A DNA stretch of 63,762 nucleotides, counting the filler, from Octopus bimaculoides (taxonomy: Eukaryota), in assembly GCF_001194135.2 (NCBI RefSeq). It is 7 parts of 7 records of this genome, joined end to end, with 100 filler letters (N's around TTAATTAATTAA, not from the genome) between each part and the next. Parts side by side here need not be neighbours in the genome. Positions count along the whole stretch, not along the records: positions 1 to 5,749 come from NC_069002.1; positions 5,850 to 31,539 come from NC_068996.1; 5 more parts are not named here. One strand, 5' to 3'. The position numbers were made by a program, and so were the translations under genes. Positions 1 through 12,479 of this stretch are shown piece by piece. The notes below the pieces were generated by a model. It did no database searches and was not told the origin of the DNA. It worked only from the letters and a program-made list of their open reading frames with translations. Positions within the stretch are counted from its first letter, which is position 1. Every line of letters begins with the position of its first letter.

Positions 1-34
<34 letters not shown>

Positions 35-504
35 GCATGAGTGAGTTTTCGCTCAAGTGTGAGGGAAACTTTTTAAGTATGTGTAAGCGATTATATAAAT
101 GCATATGTATATGTGTATATGTGGGACTGTGACACGCTACAATTGGTCAATTATTTGTAAATTGATTTTAATTTGATATAATTAACTCGCAAGAAAATCA
201 TTTCTCAATATGCATTAATTTCTTTTTTGTCTCCTGCCTGAGAGAGTATGTGTGCATCTGGTCTGTGTGACTGTTTATATGTGCCTTCATATATATATAT
301 ATATAAATAAATATTGCACGTGTGCACTGATACGTCCGCTCATATACGTATCGTAGTTCTGTTTTATTATCTGTATAGCATACATCACTGTGTGATATGT
401 CAAATTTTCTCTCTGTCTCTGGCTGTCCGTCTCTCTGTGCCTGTCTCTCTACTTCTCTCTCTCTCTCTCTCTCTTTCTCTCTGCTTGCCTGTCTGTCTCT
501 CTTT

Positions 505-554
<50 letters not shown>

Positions 555-724
555 CAAACACACACATATTTCACTACTTGTAACCTCCTGTAATCGTAAC
601 AAACAAGCACCGTAACTGCCCCCACCGAAAATAAATAGCTAACGCTCCCGCACTTCCCTCAATGAATATAAACAATAACAAAAGAAAAAGAACAAATTTG
701 CCCACAGATACACACACAAACACA

Positions 725-761
<37 letters not shown>

Positions 762-990
762 GCATACACACACATGTACCATATGCGCGCATACATGCAC
801 ACAAACATACATATACACGCACACACGAAACACCTATACATCAAACACAGACAGACACACTCTCTCTCTCTCATACACACACATACCCACACTCACCCAC
901 TCACTCGCACACACACACACACACACACTTCATCTTCATCACCACGAAAACCACATCTTGACACAACATCGAAGAAATAGAAAACAACGT
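1..990. repeat. Compound microsatellite region: (TA)n, (TC)n, (CA)n
   Basis: Runs at 1-30, 410-560, 710-930 seen directly; they generate the spurious HT/VC/LS ORFs. Confidence 0.9.
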
Positions 991-1511
991 GTAAAATAAA
1001 AATAAACATAAATACATTAATTAAAATAAATATAAATGTATAAATAAAATAAATACTACATATAAATTAAGATAAATATAAATATATATATTAAAATAAA
1101 TGTAAATGAAAGAAACCTCTCTGAGAATTAATTAAAAGAACGGAATCTAATTAACATTGGTTTCTTGTTTTCATTACAACACAATATTGGTTGATTTTTC
1201 TCAATAGCCAATCGGAATTGAGAGGAAGTCGTCAATAAATCTTAGGATGAAAACACACAAACGTGAGCATTTGAACGCATACATTACACATGTACACACA
1301 GGCATATGTGCACACTTGTACAGAGGCACACAGGCACACAGGAGTACAATCACATATCGTGAACTCCATGAGAGGAGACAGGAGCGGGAGATGGAGAGAG
1401 AGGGTGGAGAAAAGGAGAGAAAGAGAGGCAGAAAGAGTGATGAAGAATGAGAGTTTGTGCAAAAGAGAGATATAAAGAAAGAGAGATATAAAGAAAGAGA
1501 GAAACTGAGAA

Positions 1512-1551
<40 letters not shown>

Positions 1552-1651
1552 NNNNNNNNNNNNNNNNNNNNNNNNNNNNNNNNNNNNNNNNNNNNNNNNN
1601 NNNNNNNNNNNNNNNNNNNNNNNNNNNNNNNNNNNNNNNNNNNNNNNNNNN

Positions 1652-1693
<42 letters not shown>

Positions 1694-2140
1694 TTCTCTA
1701 TGTATAGACAAGCACCAGCATCGCCGGAGCCTCTGAGTGTTCACACAAACTACTAGAAGTAACACGTATACTTCATTCATAATCACGCAACAACCACATT
1801 GTGAAACACGGAAAGACACGATATACAAGGTAATCCATCATCGATAGTGCATGGTGACGAAAAGCGGCTGATAGCGGCGGGGAAATTGCTCCCTGTTGGA
1901 TGTTGGTGGTTTACACAATGCCTAACAACGACAACTGTAGCAACAGCAACAGCAACGCCAAATGACAATAGCGATAAACATAATATAAACAATAGTTACA
2001 ACAAGGACAACAAAAGCATTGATACCTATTGCGTATATCGATCTATCGGAACTGAAAAATCATATCACTGTCCGGATGTCAGTATTTTACACAAGTTGTA
2101 TATAGTTTTTGTTTTTTTTTTCTGTCTTTCTTTTCTACTC

Positions 2141-2328
2141 TAGGCACAAGACCCGAAATTTTGGTGGAGGGGACCAGTTGATTAGATCTATCCCGGTACG
2201 GAACTGATAGTTAATTTATTGGCCTCTGAAGGGTGAAAGACAACGTCGACCTCGGTGGAATTCGATCTCAAAACGTAAAAACAGACAAAATACCGCTGAA
2301 CATTTCGCCCGGCGTGTTAACGTTTCTG
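2141..2328 (-). mobile_element. tRNA-derived SINE, family A (Nin/Deu-like central domain)
   Basis: Minus strand reads CAGAAACGTTAACACGCCGGGCGAAATG...GAGATCGAATTCCACCGAGGTCGACGTTGTCTTTCACCCTTC. It has a B-box-like motif followed by the GAGGTCGACTTTGCCTTTCATCCTTTC domain; homologous copies lie at 9155, 21502, 21875, 47068, 57102. The domain name is from memory. Confidence 0.75.
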
Positions 2329-3122
2329 NNNNNNNNNNNNNNNNNNNNNNNNNNNNNNNNNNNNNNNNNNNNNNNNNNNNNNNNNNNNNNNNNNNNNNNN
2401 NNNNNNNNNNNNNNNNNNNNNNNNNNNNNNNNNNNNNNNNNNNNNNNNNNNNNNNNNNNNNNNNNNNNNNNNNNNNNNNNNNNNNNNNNNNNNNNNNNNN
2501 NNNNNNNNNNNNNNNNNNNNNNNNNNNNNNNNNNNNNNNNNNNNNNNNNNNNNNNNNNNNNNNNNNNNNNNNNNNNNNNNNNNNNNNNNNNNNNNNNNNN
2601 NNNNNNNNNNNNNNNNNNNNNNNNNNNNNNNNNNNNNNNNNNNNNNNNNNNNNNNNNNNNNNNNNNNNNNNNNNNNNNNNNNNNNNNNNNNNNNNNNNNN
2701 NNNNNNNNNNNNNNNNNNNNNNNNNNNNNNNNNNNNNNNNNNNNNNNNNNNNNNNNNNNNNNNNNNNNNNNNNNNNNNNNNNNNNNNNNNNNNNNNNNNN
2801 NNNNNNNNNNNNNNNNNNNNNNNNNNNNNNNNNNNNNNNNNNNNNNNNNNNNNNNNNNNNNNNNNNNNNNNNNNNNNNNNNNNNNNNNNNNNNNNNNNNN
2901 NNNNNNNNNNNNNNNNNNNNNNNNNNNNNNNNNNNNNNNNNNNNNNNNNNNNNNNNNNNNNNNNNNNNNNNNNNNNNNNNNNNNNNNNNNNNNNNNNNNN
3001 NNNNNNNNNNNNNNNNNNNNNNNNNNNNNNNNNNNNNNNNNNNNNNNNNNNNNNNNNTATATGCGTGCGCATGTTAGGGTGTGTATATATATGCATATAT
3101 ATATACATATATATATATATTC

Positions 3123-3158
<36 letters not shown>

Positions 3159-4680
3159 GTGTATATATATATATATATGTGTGTGTGTAGTATGTTACAT
3201 GTGAAATGATATAACTATGTAAGCATGTCTGTATGCATTCGTATAAGTATGCATGACTGCATTTCTGTAGGCTGAAAGACAGGCATACAGACAAACAAGG
3301 GGAGATGGGGATAAATGCGCGCGCGCACACACACACACATATACGTAGGGACCTCAGCTTTAATTCACGAGGTTGCCTATGTGTACTTGAAAATTGTAAA
3401 GTTCTGTATGTCCTACCTTCCATATGTTTAATTTCAACGACATTCATGTAACATTAGAGAATAGGCTTTGCGTTACGGAATTTTCCGTTCTGTGTGGCTG
3501 CCACTATGTAAGTATGTATGTATGTATGCATGTATGTATGTGTGTGTAAGCATGAATGTCTGTGTATGTTTGTACCTGTGTGTGTACAGAGAGAGAGAGA
3601 GGGGGGGTACCGAATATGATTTACATCTATATCCTATAGTTTTCGCATATATAGAGATACAAAATTACAAAACATGTAAATATATTAAGAACATATAATC
3701 AACTATATATATATATANNNNNNNNNNNNNNNNNNNNNNNNNNNNNNNNNNNNNNNNNNNNNNNNNNNNNNNNNNNNNNNNNNNNNNNNNNNNNNNNNNN
3801 NNNNNNNNNNNNNNNNNNNNNNNNNNNNNNNNNNNNNNNNNNNNNNNNNNNNNNNNNNNNNNNNNNNNNNNNNNNNNNNNNNNNNNNNNNNNNNNNNNNN
3901 NNNNNNNNNNNNNNNNNNNNNNNNNNNNNNNNNNNNNNNNNNNNNNNNNNNNNNNNNNNNNNNNNNNNNNNNNNNNNNNNNNNNNNNNNNNNNNNNNNNN
4001 NNNNNNNNNNNNNNNNNNNNNNNNNNNNNNNNNNNNNNNNNNNNNNNNNNNNNNNNNNNNNNNNNNNNNNNNNNNNNNNNNNNNNNNNNNNNNNNNNNNN
4101 NNNNNNNNNNNNNNNNNNNNNNNNNNNNNNNNNNNNNNNNNNNNNNNNNNNNNNNNNNNNNNNNNNNNNNNNNNNNNNNNNNNNNNNNNNNNNNNNNNNN
4201 NNNNNNNNNNNNNNNNNNNNNNNNNNNNNNNNNNNNNNNNNNNNNNNNNNNNNNNNNNNNNNNNNNNNNNNNNNNNNNNNNNNNNNNNNNNNNNNNNNNN
4301 NNNNNNNNNNNNNNNNNNNNNNNNNNNNNNNNNNNNNNNNNNNNNNNNNNNNNNNNNNNNNNNNNNNNNNNNNNNNNNNNNNNNNNNNNNNNNNNNNNNN
4401 NNNNNNNNNNNNNNNNNNNNNNNNNNNNNNNNNNNNNNNNNNNNNNNNNNNNNNNNNNNNNNNNNNNNNNNNNNNNNNNNNNNNNNNNNNNNNNNNNNNN
4501 NNNNNNNNNNNNNNNNNNNNNNNNNNNNNNNNNNNNNNNNNNNNNNNNNNNNNNNNNNNNNNNNNNNNNNNNNNNNNNNNNNNNNNNNNNNNNNNNNNNN
4601 NNNNNNNNNNNNNNNNNNNNNNNNNNNNNNNNNNNNNNNNNNNNNNNNNNNNNNNTATATATATATATATATATATATGC

Positions 4681-4712
<32 letters not shown>

Positions 4713-5632
4713 GTGTGTGTGTGTGATCTTTTTTCTTGTGCGTCTCAGCAGGTTCTTGCGTGCGTTTACACGAACATAATGCACAGAAATTCGCCTCTTC
4801 TGCATATGAGTTCCCCCCCTACATAAATGTTTATGTGTATGTCTTTGTGTGTGTGAGTATGTATATATTTGTATACATATTTATACACATATATAGGTAT
4901 ATATATATACATATAAATATGTGTATATATATATATATATATATTATAGATATATCTGTATAAATATATACATATATATATCTACATATATATATATGTA
5001 TCGAGAGAGATAGAGATAGAAAGAGAGAGGGGGAGTGCGAGGCACATATATAGATGTGCATATACGTAGATACACACATACCTTCAACAATACCAATCGG
5101 ATTAGCCTTACTATATCTCTGTAAAAAAAATATATACATATAAATTAAATATATATACATATATACGACAAAGGAAAAAATACCTTGAAAATATTTGCAT
5201 TAAAAAACAGAGAAGATATGCATAAAAAAACGTAAATATATATATAGAAAAAAAAGATATAAACAATTTCCAAAAATGATAATACAAATATAATATAGAC
5301 AAAGAGAAGATGAAAAAAATTGAAACAAAAACTACACTAAATCAATCAGAACTTCTCAAAGCAATGAAAGCCAAGAGCGAACGATGCATAGATATATATT
5401 CCTGCCCTATCTACACCATAGCTCGAAGAATTTATCACACACGAACACATATAGACAGAAAGTTACGCACAAAGAAGCATATAGTCGAACGGAGAAACCG
5501 GTGGTATATATGCTCGCATACACAGAAGTACACTCATAGACAGATATTCGCTCAAATACACATATAGACATGTATATATATATATATCTGAACGTAGATG
5601 ATATTTTATAGTTATAAATGTATATATATGTA

Positions 5633-5684
<52 letters not shown>

Positions 5685-5749
5685 AATATTTACATATATT
5701 TTATATATATACATACTTATATATGCATATATATATATGTATATATATA

Positions 5750-5849
5750 NNNNNNNNNNNNNNNNNNNNNNNNNNNNNNNNNNNNNNNNNNNNTTAATTA
5801 ATTAANNNNNNNNNNNNNNNNNNNNNNNNNNNNNNNNNNNNNNNNNNNN
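5750..5849. other. Assembly placeholder: 44 N + TTAATTAATTAA + 44 N (100 bp)
   Basis: The identical N-flanked 12-mer recurs at 5794, 31584, 43289, 54611, 61358, 62684. It has stops in all six frames; artefact, not biology. Confidence 0.95.
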
Positions 5850-5899
<50 letters not shown>

Positions 5900-6222
5900 G
5901 TTCAGTAGTTTTATTTTTATAACGTGCTTTCACTTCACTACCGAGCGCAGCTCTGTGCGCCTTGGGTATGTGCTGTGGTTTGCTGTGGTGCTCTTATGTT
6001 TACTGTATTGAAAGTGTTTTGCGTAGAATGTGTGCAGTACCCAGTAGTGTAATTTTCTGTATGTTATATATATTTGTAAGTCCTGGTGTTTTTGTTATGT
6101 ATTTGTCTGAATATTTTTTTATTATACCTAAGGCACCTACTATGATAGGAATTGTTTCTGTTTTTAGACTTCACATTCGAGTTATCTCTATTTCCAGGTC
6201 TTTGTATTTTGAAAGTTTTTCC
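5850..6222 (-). mobile_element. 5'-truncated R4/Dong-like non-LTR retrotransposon 3' end (restriction-like endonuclease C-terminus plus (TAA)n tail)
   Basis: Reverse complement of 54756-55085 with high identity. Encodes EKLSKYKDLEIEITRMWSLKTETIPIIVGALG; (TAT)n tail at 5850-5898. Confidence 0.8.
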
Positions 6223-6394
6223 TATTATTATTACAATAAGAATATAACTAAAAATATAACAAAATATATAAAAACAAATTTCTAAAATAAGAAGAAAAAG
6301 TTTCATTAAAAAGGTCCCTACTAGCCTGGCAAGTCCACGAGGATAATGGTACTCAACACTGTGTAACAAAATTTTAGTTTTTGGTCAGGAAGTG

Positions 6395-6760
6395 TATTTT
6401 CCTATTTGTTTCTATCTATTAATCAAACTGTTTTGAAACTGACCAATTTTCCATTACATTTTAAAGAGATTCATCACTGAGTTGCTGAAGCAGAAATATC
6501 GTTATAGCAAATATTCTGTTTAATGTCACAGACTTGCTTCTTGTCTTTGATCAGTAAGTATTATTTCCTATTTGCTTCTATCTAGAAATCAAAGGAAGTG
6601 ACTACTATTCCCTTCAAAACTTTGCTTTTGTCAGTTGGACATCAAGTTTTGAAACTGAATTATTTTCCATTACATTTCAGTGTTAGATTGCTGAAACAGA
6701 AATATCATTATAGCAAATATTCTGCTCAATACCACAGATTTGTTTGTCACTTGCTTAATC
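6395..6760. repeat. Diverged tandem duplication, period about 215 bp, within an unclassified interspersed repeat
   Basis: GTTTTGAAACTGA..TTTTCCATTACATTT...GTTGCTGAAGCAGAAATATC.TTATAGCAAATATTCTG occurs at 6431-6530 and again at 6646-6730. Confidence 0.7.
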
Positions 6761-7854
6761 TTAACCACTTGAGCATGTCCCTTAGCGGCTGACAATATGT
6801 ACATCTCTGATCATGAGCAGGAATATTGGGAAGGCATCATAGCCATGGATTGAGAAAGATTCTTTGGGATTTGAATAAATGTAACAAAGCAAAGTTTGAA
6901 GGAAATATTAGCTATTTTTCATACTTTCTTGGGATAAACAAATGGGAAAATAACATTGTTAGCCATGGACAAAAATCGTGTTACACAGTATAATATACCT
7001 CTCTTACGAAAGTGCAAGAGTACCACCACGAGAGGACAATGAAAAAGGGAAAAAAATTATGAGTCTTTCACTGTCTCGGCAAGAATTTAATTAACAAGGA
7101 GATAAAGAATATGAATAAGGAAAATGTGAACGTGCCTTAGAACGCTGTCGCAGAATATTGTTTCCGTGTATAGACAACAGAACTGCATGAAGACGTGCTA
7201 AGGTTCGATTATGTTCGGTAAGGGAATATCTTATCGATCTGAATAAATTGTGTATTGTAATTTTCCCAAGTGTTGCATTGAAGTGATCAATATTGTATTG
7301 ATTTAAAGAAAGAAAGAGAGAAAAAAAGTAAAACGAAAGAAAGAAAGAACGAATAGAAGGAAGGGAAAATGAAAGACAGAGAGAAAGAAAGGGAGAAAGA
7401 AAAAAGAGAGAAAGAAAAAAGAAGTAAGGAAAGAAAGAAAGAAACAAACAAACGGAATATTTTCGAAGAGAAACGAGCCTTAGATGTTTGTAAAGTAAGA
7501 TGTGTAGTTGAAAAAACAAATTGCAGTGAATTTCTAGGAGATGTTTATTGCTTGTTTATCTGGGTTTGTTTTATCGATTTTTTTGGTGGAATAACAGAGG
7601 AATAAGAGCAAATCGTAGTCGGAATATATTGCGTTCGGACTTTGGAATGATAAAGTATGGGATATATACATAAGTACATACATATATGCAAACGTACACG
7701 CACTCACAGACATATACAAGCATACATATACATATATATATATGCATACGTGTGCATATACATACAAAGATATATACATGCATATATATGCTGGTATACA
7801 TATATGTATGTATGTGTCTGTGTGTATATGTGCGCGTAATATATATGCATATGT

Positions 7855-8086
7855 GAAGGCGCGTGCTTTAGTGGTTATGGTATTCGGCCCTCGATCGTAA
7901 GGTCGTGAGTTCGATTTCTGGAAGAGTTTTACTCTTTAGCAAGACACTTTATTTCACGTTGTTCCAGTTCACTCAGCTGGAAAAAGTGAGTTGTACCTGT
8001 ATTTCGAAGGGGCCAGCCCTGTCACATTCTGTTTGTTAAGCTGAATTTCCTTGAGAACTACGTTAAGGGTGCATATGTCCGTGGAA
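7855..8086 (+). mobile_element. tRNA-derived SINE, family C
   Basis: A-box-like GTGCTTTAGTGG (7863), B-box GAGTTCGATTTC (7907), then GCAAGACACTTTATTTCACGTTGTTCCAGTTCACTCAGCTGG. Homologous to 31945-32190 on the minus strand. Confidence 0.75.
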
Positions 8087-8866
8087 NNNNNNNNNNNNNN
8101 NNNNNNNNNNNNNNNNNNNNNNNNNNNNNNNNNNNNNNNNNNNNNNNNNNNNNNNNNNNNNNNNNNNNNNNNNNNNNNNNNNNNNNNNNNNNNNNNNNNN
8201 NNNNNNNNNNNNNNNNNNNNNNNNNNNNNNNNNNNNNNNNNNNNNNNNNNNNNNNNNNNNNNNNNNNNNNNNNNNNNNNNNNNNNNNNNNNNNNNNNNNN
8301 NNNNNNNNNNNNNNNNNNNNNNNNNNNNNNNNNNNNNNNNNNNNNNNNNNNNNNNNNNNNNNNNNNNNNNNNNNNNNNNNNNNNNNNNNNNNNNNNNNNN
8401 NNNNNNNNNNNNNNNNNNNNNNNNNNNNNNNNNNNNNNNNNNNNNNNNNNNNNNNNNNNNNNNNNNNNNNNNNNNNNNNNNNNNNNNNNNNNNNNNNNNN
8501 NNNNNNNNNNNNNNNNNNNNNNNNNNNNNNNNNNNNNNNNNNNNNNNNNNNNNNNNNNNNNNNNNNNNNNNNNNNNNNNNNNNNNNNNNNNNNNNNNNNN
8601 NNNNNNNNNNNNNNNNNNNNNNNNNNNNNNNNNNNNNNNNNNNNNNNNNNNNNNNNNNNNNNNNNNNNNNNNNNNNNNNNNNNNNNNNNNNNNNNNNNNN
8701 NNNNNNNNNNNNNNNNNNNAATTATGGTATATTCTGTTCAGAACGTAGTAAAGTACAGTATAAAGCTCTTCCACCTCTCTGGAGAACTACGTTGCATGGA
8801 AACAATTGTAGTGATTAAAAATTAAACGTCCAGCCGTACCCCTTATTGCTGACTCCAGTTTTTTTC

Positions 8867-8907
<41 letters not shown>

Positions 8908-9154
8908 TATATATGCTGATATCGATGCGGTGGCAACACACGCCCACACGCATTTAGACTCACACGTACACTCTCACACACTGCTATACATAGAATCTTT
9001 TCACGTTCACTTTGTGATACATTGCTATTGTGTTCAACATTCTCCATTTGGCAAGCAAGACTCCAGGTCTTTTATCAGGTCCCATTTGATTTATCTAAGT
9101 TGTTGTTGATATTGTTGCTGTTGTTGTTGTTGTTGTTGTTGTTCCGGCTATTTA

Positions 9155-9296
9155 TGTTATGATTTCAAATCCTGCCAAGTTCAGCTTTAAAATTCATCCA
9201 TCCCTCCAAAGTCAATAAAATGTAATACCAGTCAAATACTGGGGTCGAAAATATTAACTAAATACCTTCCCCTCAAAATTACTGGACTTGTACATT
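9155..9296 (+). mobile_element. Degraded SINE family A fragment
   Basis: GATTTCAAATCCTGCCAAGTTCAGCTTT...AATAAAATGTAATACCAGTCAAATACTGGGGTCG matches the family A central/3' part. Confidence 0.55.
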
Positions 9297-9606
9297 CCTA
9301 TTATGAGTAGTATTATTGTTTATCGATAAACTTGAACCTGTTTTTGGAACTCCTTGACTTTATGCCTTGTTTTCTTTTTTAGAAGTCCCTATTTATTGAT
9401 CTTTATTTTTCTAGCTTGTTTCATAGTTGACAAAAACCATAAGGAACTGACCACGTTTTCGTTTATTTGCCCTATGGGTCATAATTACCCCCACGTGTCA
9501 TAATTGTAAGTTTTTGTAAGTGTAAAGACATTCTGAAAATGTTTTCATCTTTGCTGTCCAACCAGCGAAAGAAAGAAACTGGAACGAGATTGCGAAAGTG
9601 AAACTG

Positions 9607-10450
9607 GGATCCTTTTTAAAACGGGGGCCACATTTTTCATTAACGAAACACTTTGAAACTTGGAACACTGGTAGAATGTGTCATATAAAACATCTTTTTC
9701 TCTTAGTCTTCTTAAAAAAAAAAGAAATCCCTAAGTTATTCCATGTTAAAGTTGTCGTATTTCTGTAATTTCAACCAATCACTGACGTCCATTCAGCCGA
9801 TATACATTAAGTGCCGACTACATAAACAAACGATTCTGAAACAATTAACCCTAACTCTAACCCTANNNNNNNNNNNNNNNNNNNNNNNNNNNNNNNNNNN
9901 NNNNNNNNNNNNNNNNNNNNNNNNNNNNNNNNNNNNNNNNNNNNNNNNNNNNNNNNNNNNNNNNNNNNNNNNNNNNNNNNNNNNNNNNNNNNNNNNNNNN
10001 NNNNNNNNNNNNNNNNNNNNNNNNNNNNNNNNNNNNNNNNNNNNNNNNNNNNNNNNNNNNNNNNNNNNNNNNNNNNNNNNNNNNNNNNNNNNNNNNNNNN
10101 NNNNNNNNNNNNNNNNNNNNNNNNNNNNNNNNNNNNNNNNNNNNNNNNNNNNNNNNNNNNTGTATGTATATGCACACGTATGCATATATAAAATGAAAAA
10201 AGCAAATAAAACGAAGAATCGTTTGTTTATGTAGTCGGCACTTAATGTATATCGGCTGAATGGACGTCAGTGATTGGTTGAAATTATCGAAATAAGACGA
10301 TTTTTTACATGAAATAAATTCGAATACAAAAATATTTTTCTGTTCTATAACACAAAATAGATAAGTATACGAAGTTTGAAAGTCTTTCGGTACCAAAAAC
10401 ACTACGTAAAACATTAATGAAAAATGTGGCCCCCGTTTTAAAAAAGATCC
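9607..10450. mobile_element. MITE-like element with 37-bp TIRs, probable 8-bp TSD (Merlin-like), inner 72-bp inverted arms and TAACCC repeats
   Basis: TIR GGATC(C/T)TTTTTAAAACGGGGGCCACATTTTTCATTAA at 9607-9643 and 10414-10450. Flanks TGAAACTG and TGAAATTG; perfect inverted repeat 9766-9837 / 10215-10286. GG termini with an 8-bp TSD are Merlin features, but the superfamily is not proven. Confidence 0.7.
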
Positions 10451-10832
10451 TGAAATTGTCTTTCGCAATCATCTCCTACCACATAGTACTACAGATAGTA
10501 ATAATGCCAAAATAGTAGCAGTTATAACAGTAGCAACAACAATAACAACAACAGCGGCATCCTAAACAATTAGCAGCGACAAGAATAATGGCTTATTAAT
10601 CAAACGGGCTCGCAAAATCAGCAGCAGCAACAAACCCTGCATTGCGAATGCTACAGTATCAAACTGTAGTAGAAAAAACCCAGACCATCACCAACACCAC
10701 CACCAACACCACTACTACCATCATCTTATCAACACTACTACCACCACTACCAATACCACCACCACCACCACCACTACTATCACCACCAACACAATCCCCA
10801 CCATAACCACCTCCAAAAAAAAACCACCAAAA

Positions 10833-11621
10833 GGATCTTTGTGGTTTTCGTCACTGCTTACAATTATCTTCAAAAAACATTTTTAATGTAACACAAAGAT
10901 GTAATTTCTGACGCTGAATCCGAATTTGTTATTCATTTATTCCAGAATAATTTTGCAAAAATGTTACAGGTGTTCAAAGTTTGATAATTTTCAGAATTTT
11001 CAACCAATTAAAAAACAGCTCGTTCGCTGCCTCTTCCATCATCGGAGCAGGGGCGGGCGGGGGTATCGGCATGTCGAAACATTAAACTAAGATTGTTGAG
11101 TGCGAGTTCCATCTGTTATGAAAACAAACAATTATAGAACAAGCGGTGGATACACTGCTTTTAAAATTTGCAAAATTTGGGTATTTTAGCCAATCAGGAG
11201 CGAGTATTTTAGACATCATCGTGGCGAAGAAGTCTGTTTCTATAGTAACCAAAGCAAAGGAGCACCACGTGTTCCATAGCTGATTGTGAAGAACTCTGTT
11301 TCCATATTACTAGGGTTAGGGTTAGGGTTAAAGCAAATTTAAAATGAAAAAAGCAAATAAAACGAAGGTATGGAGATTAAATACGCTTTACATCGCTTAA
11401 TGAGCCAAAGGAGTAAATGTAAACAACTGAATACTTGTCAGTGATTGGTTGAAATTATCGAAATAAGACAATTTTTTACATGAAATAAATTCGAATACAA
11501 AAATATTTTTCTGTTCTATAACACAAAATAGATAAGTATACGACGTTTGAAAGTCTTTCGGTACCAAAAACACTACGTAAAACATTAATGAAAACTGTGG
11601 CCCCCGTTTTAAAAAAGATCC
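10833..11621. mobile_element. Related composite MITE-like element sharing the right end of the 9607-10450 element
   Basis: Begins GGATCTTT, ends AAAAAAGATCC. 11428-11621 is nearly identical to 10266-10450; TAGGGTTAGGGTTAGGGTTA at 11310-11329; no TSD found. Confidence 0.6.
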
Positions 11622-12479
11622 CCATTATCACCACCACCATCGCCATCACCACCACAACCTCTATCACCACTATTAACACAATCACCACCACCACAATCAT
11701 AATCACCACCGCTGCCACCCACCTAAGAAGGTAATAACAACATCGACGAAAGGTAATACTAACAACGGGAGCACTGGAAATACAACAAAGATTTTTTTTT
11801 TTTTTTTGTTAAGATCACGAACGTTTTCGATCTCATCTCACAAAACAAAAGCATGAACATTGAGAAGAAGAGAACAAAAACATCTACAGACTAGAACAAC
11901 GAAAAACTAGGCTCAATATACAGTAACACTTTTTATAACAACAGATATGTAAGCAATTCTGTAAAAATGTTTATGAGCGAAAAAATATACAAATTAGGTC
12001 GTATACCGTCAGAAGAAGCTGAACTTGCATAAAAAAAATATATCGGAAGACATTAATGTTGCGTGAGACATACCCATAAGTTCGGATATATCCATGTTAT
12101 TTTCCATTCGGAAACCCTAGGATAGAAGCACTCTGCCGTCTCACAAAGAAATTAATATTTTATACTGATGTCGATCTACGTGGGATAGAGGTTGATGTGA
12201 GTAAAAATCTCAAAACATGCCACCAGAACTAGACTTGTAACACCTTGGCAAGCTGCTGGAAATAAAAAGTAAATTGGGTGGTAGTGGGGGATTCTGATTC
12301 AGTTGAAAATTAAGACACTGTACAAATCTCTAATCTTATAGAGATTTCAGGAAGGTAGCGACATCAATTGGTAGTAGAGGGTAGAAGATCTGAGGGCTAC
12401 AACTGTGGAAACACCATTCACCTCAAAGATTCCTGCTCCCAAGAATAACAGAAAATGAGTGCTGAAACAAAATCTTTAT

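Noticed and set aside
1708-1829. Exon-like segment with a pyrimidine tract, AG and CAAG|GTAATC donor
   Set aside because: Stops occur in all three frames; at most a non-coding exon, with no further support.
5310-5567. ORF MKKIETKTTLNQSELLKAMKAKSER
   Set aside because: No recognisable domain or splice signals, and it decays into AT-rich repeat sequence.
7855-7925. tRNA gene
   Set aside because: A and B boxes are present but no cloverleaf or acceptor stem; this is a SINE head, as are the other tRNA-like heads.
9846-11329. TAACCC/TTAGGG repeats as a telomere or fusion site
   Set aside because: Only 3-4 units, and they are internal to MITE copies.
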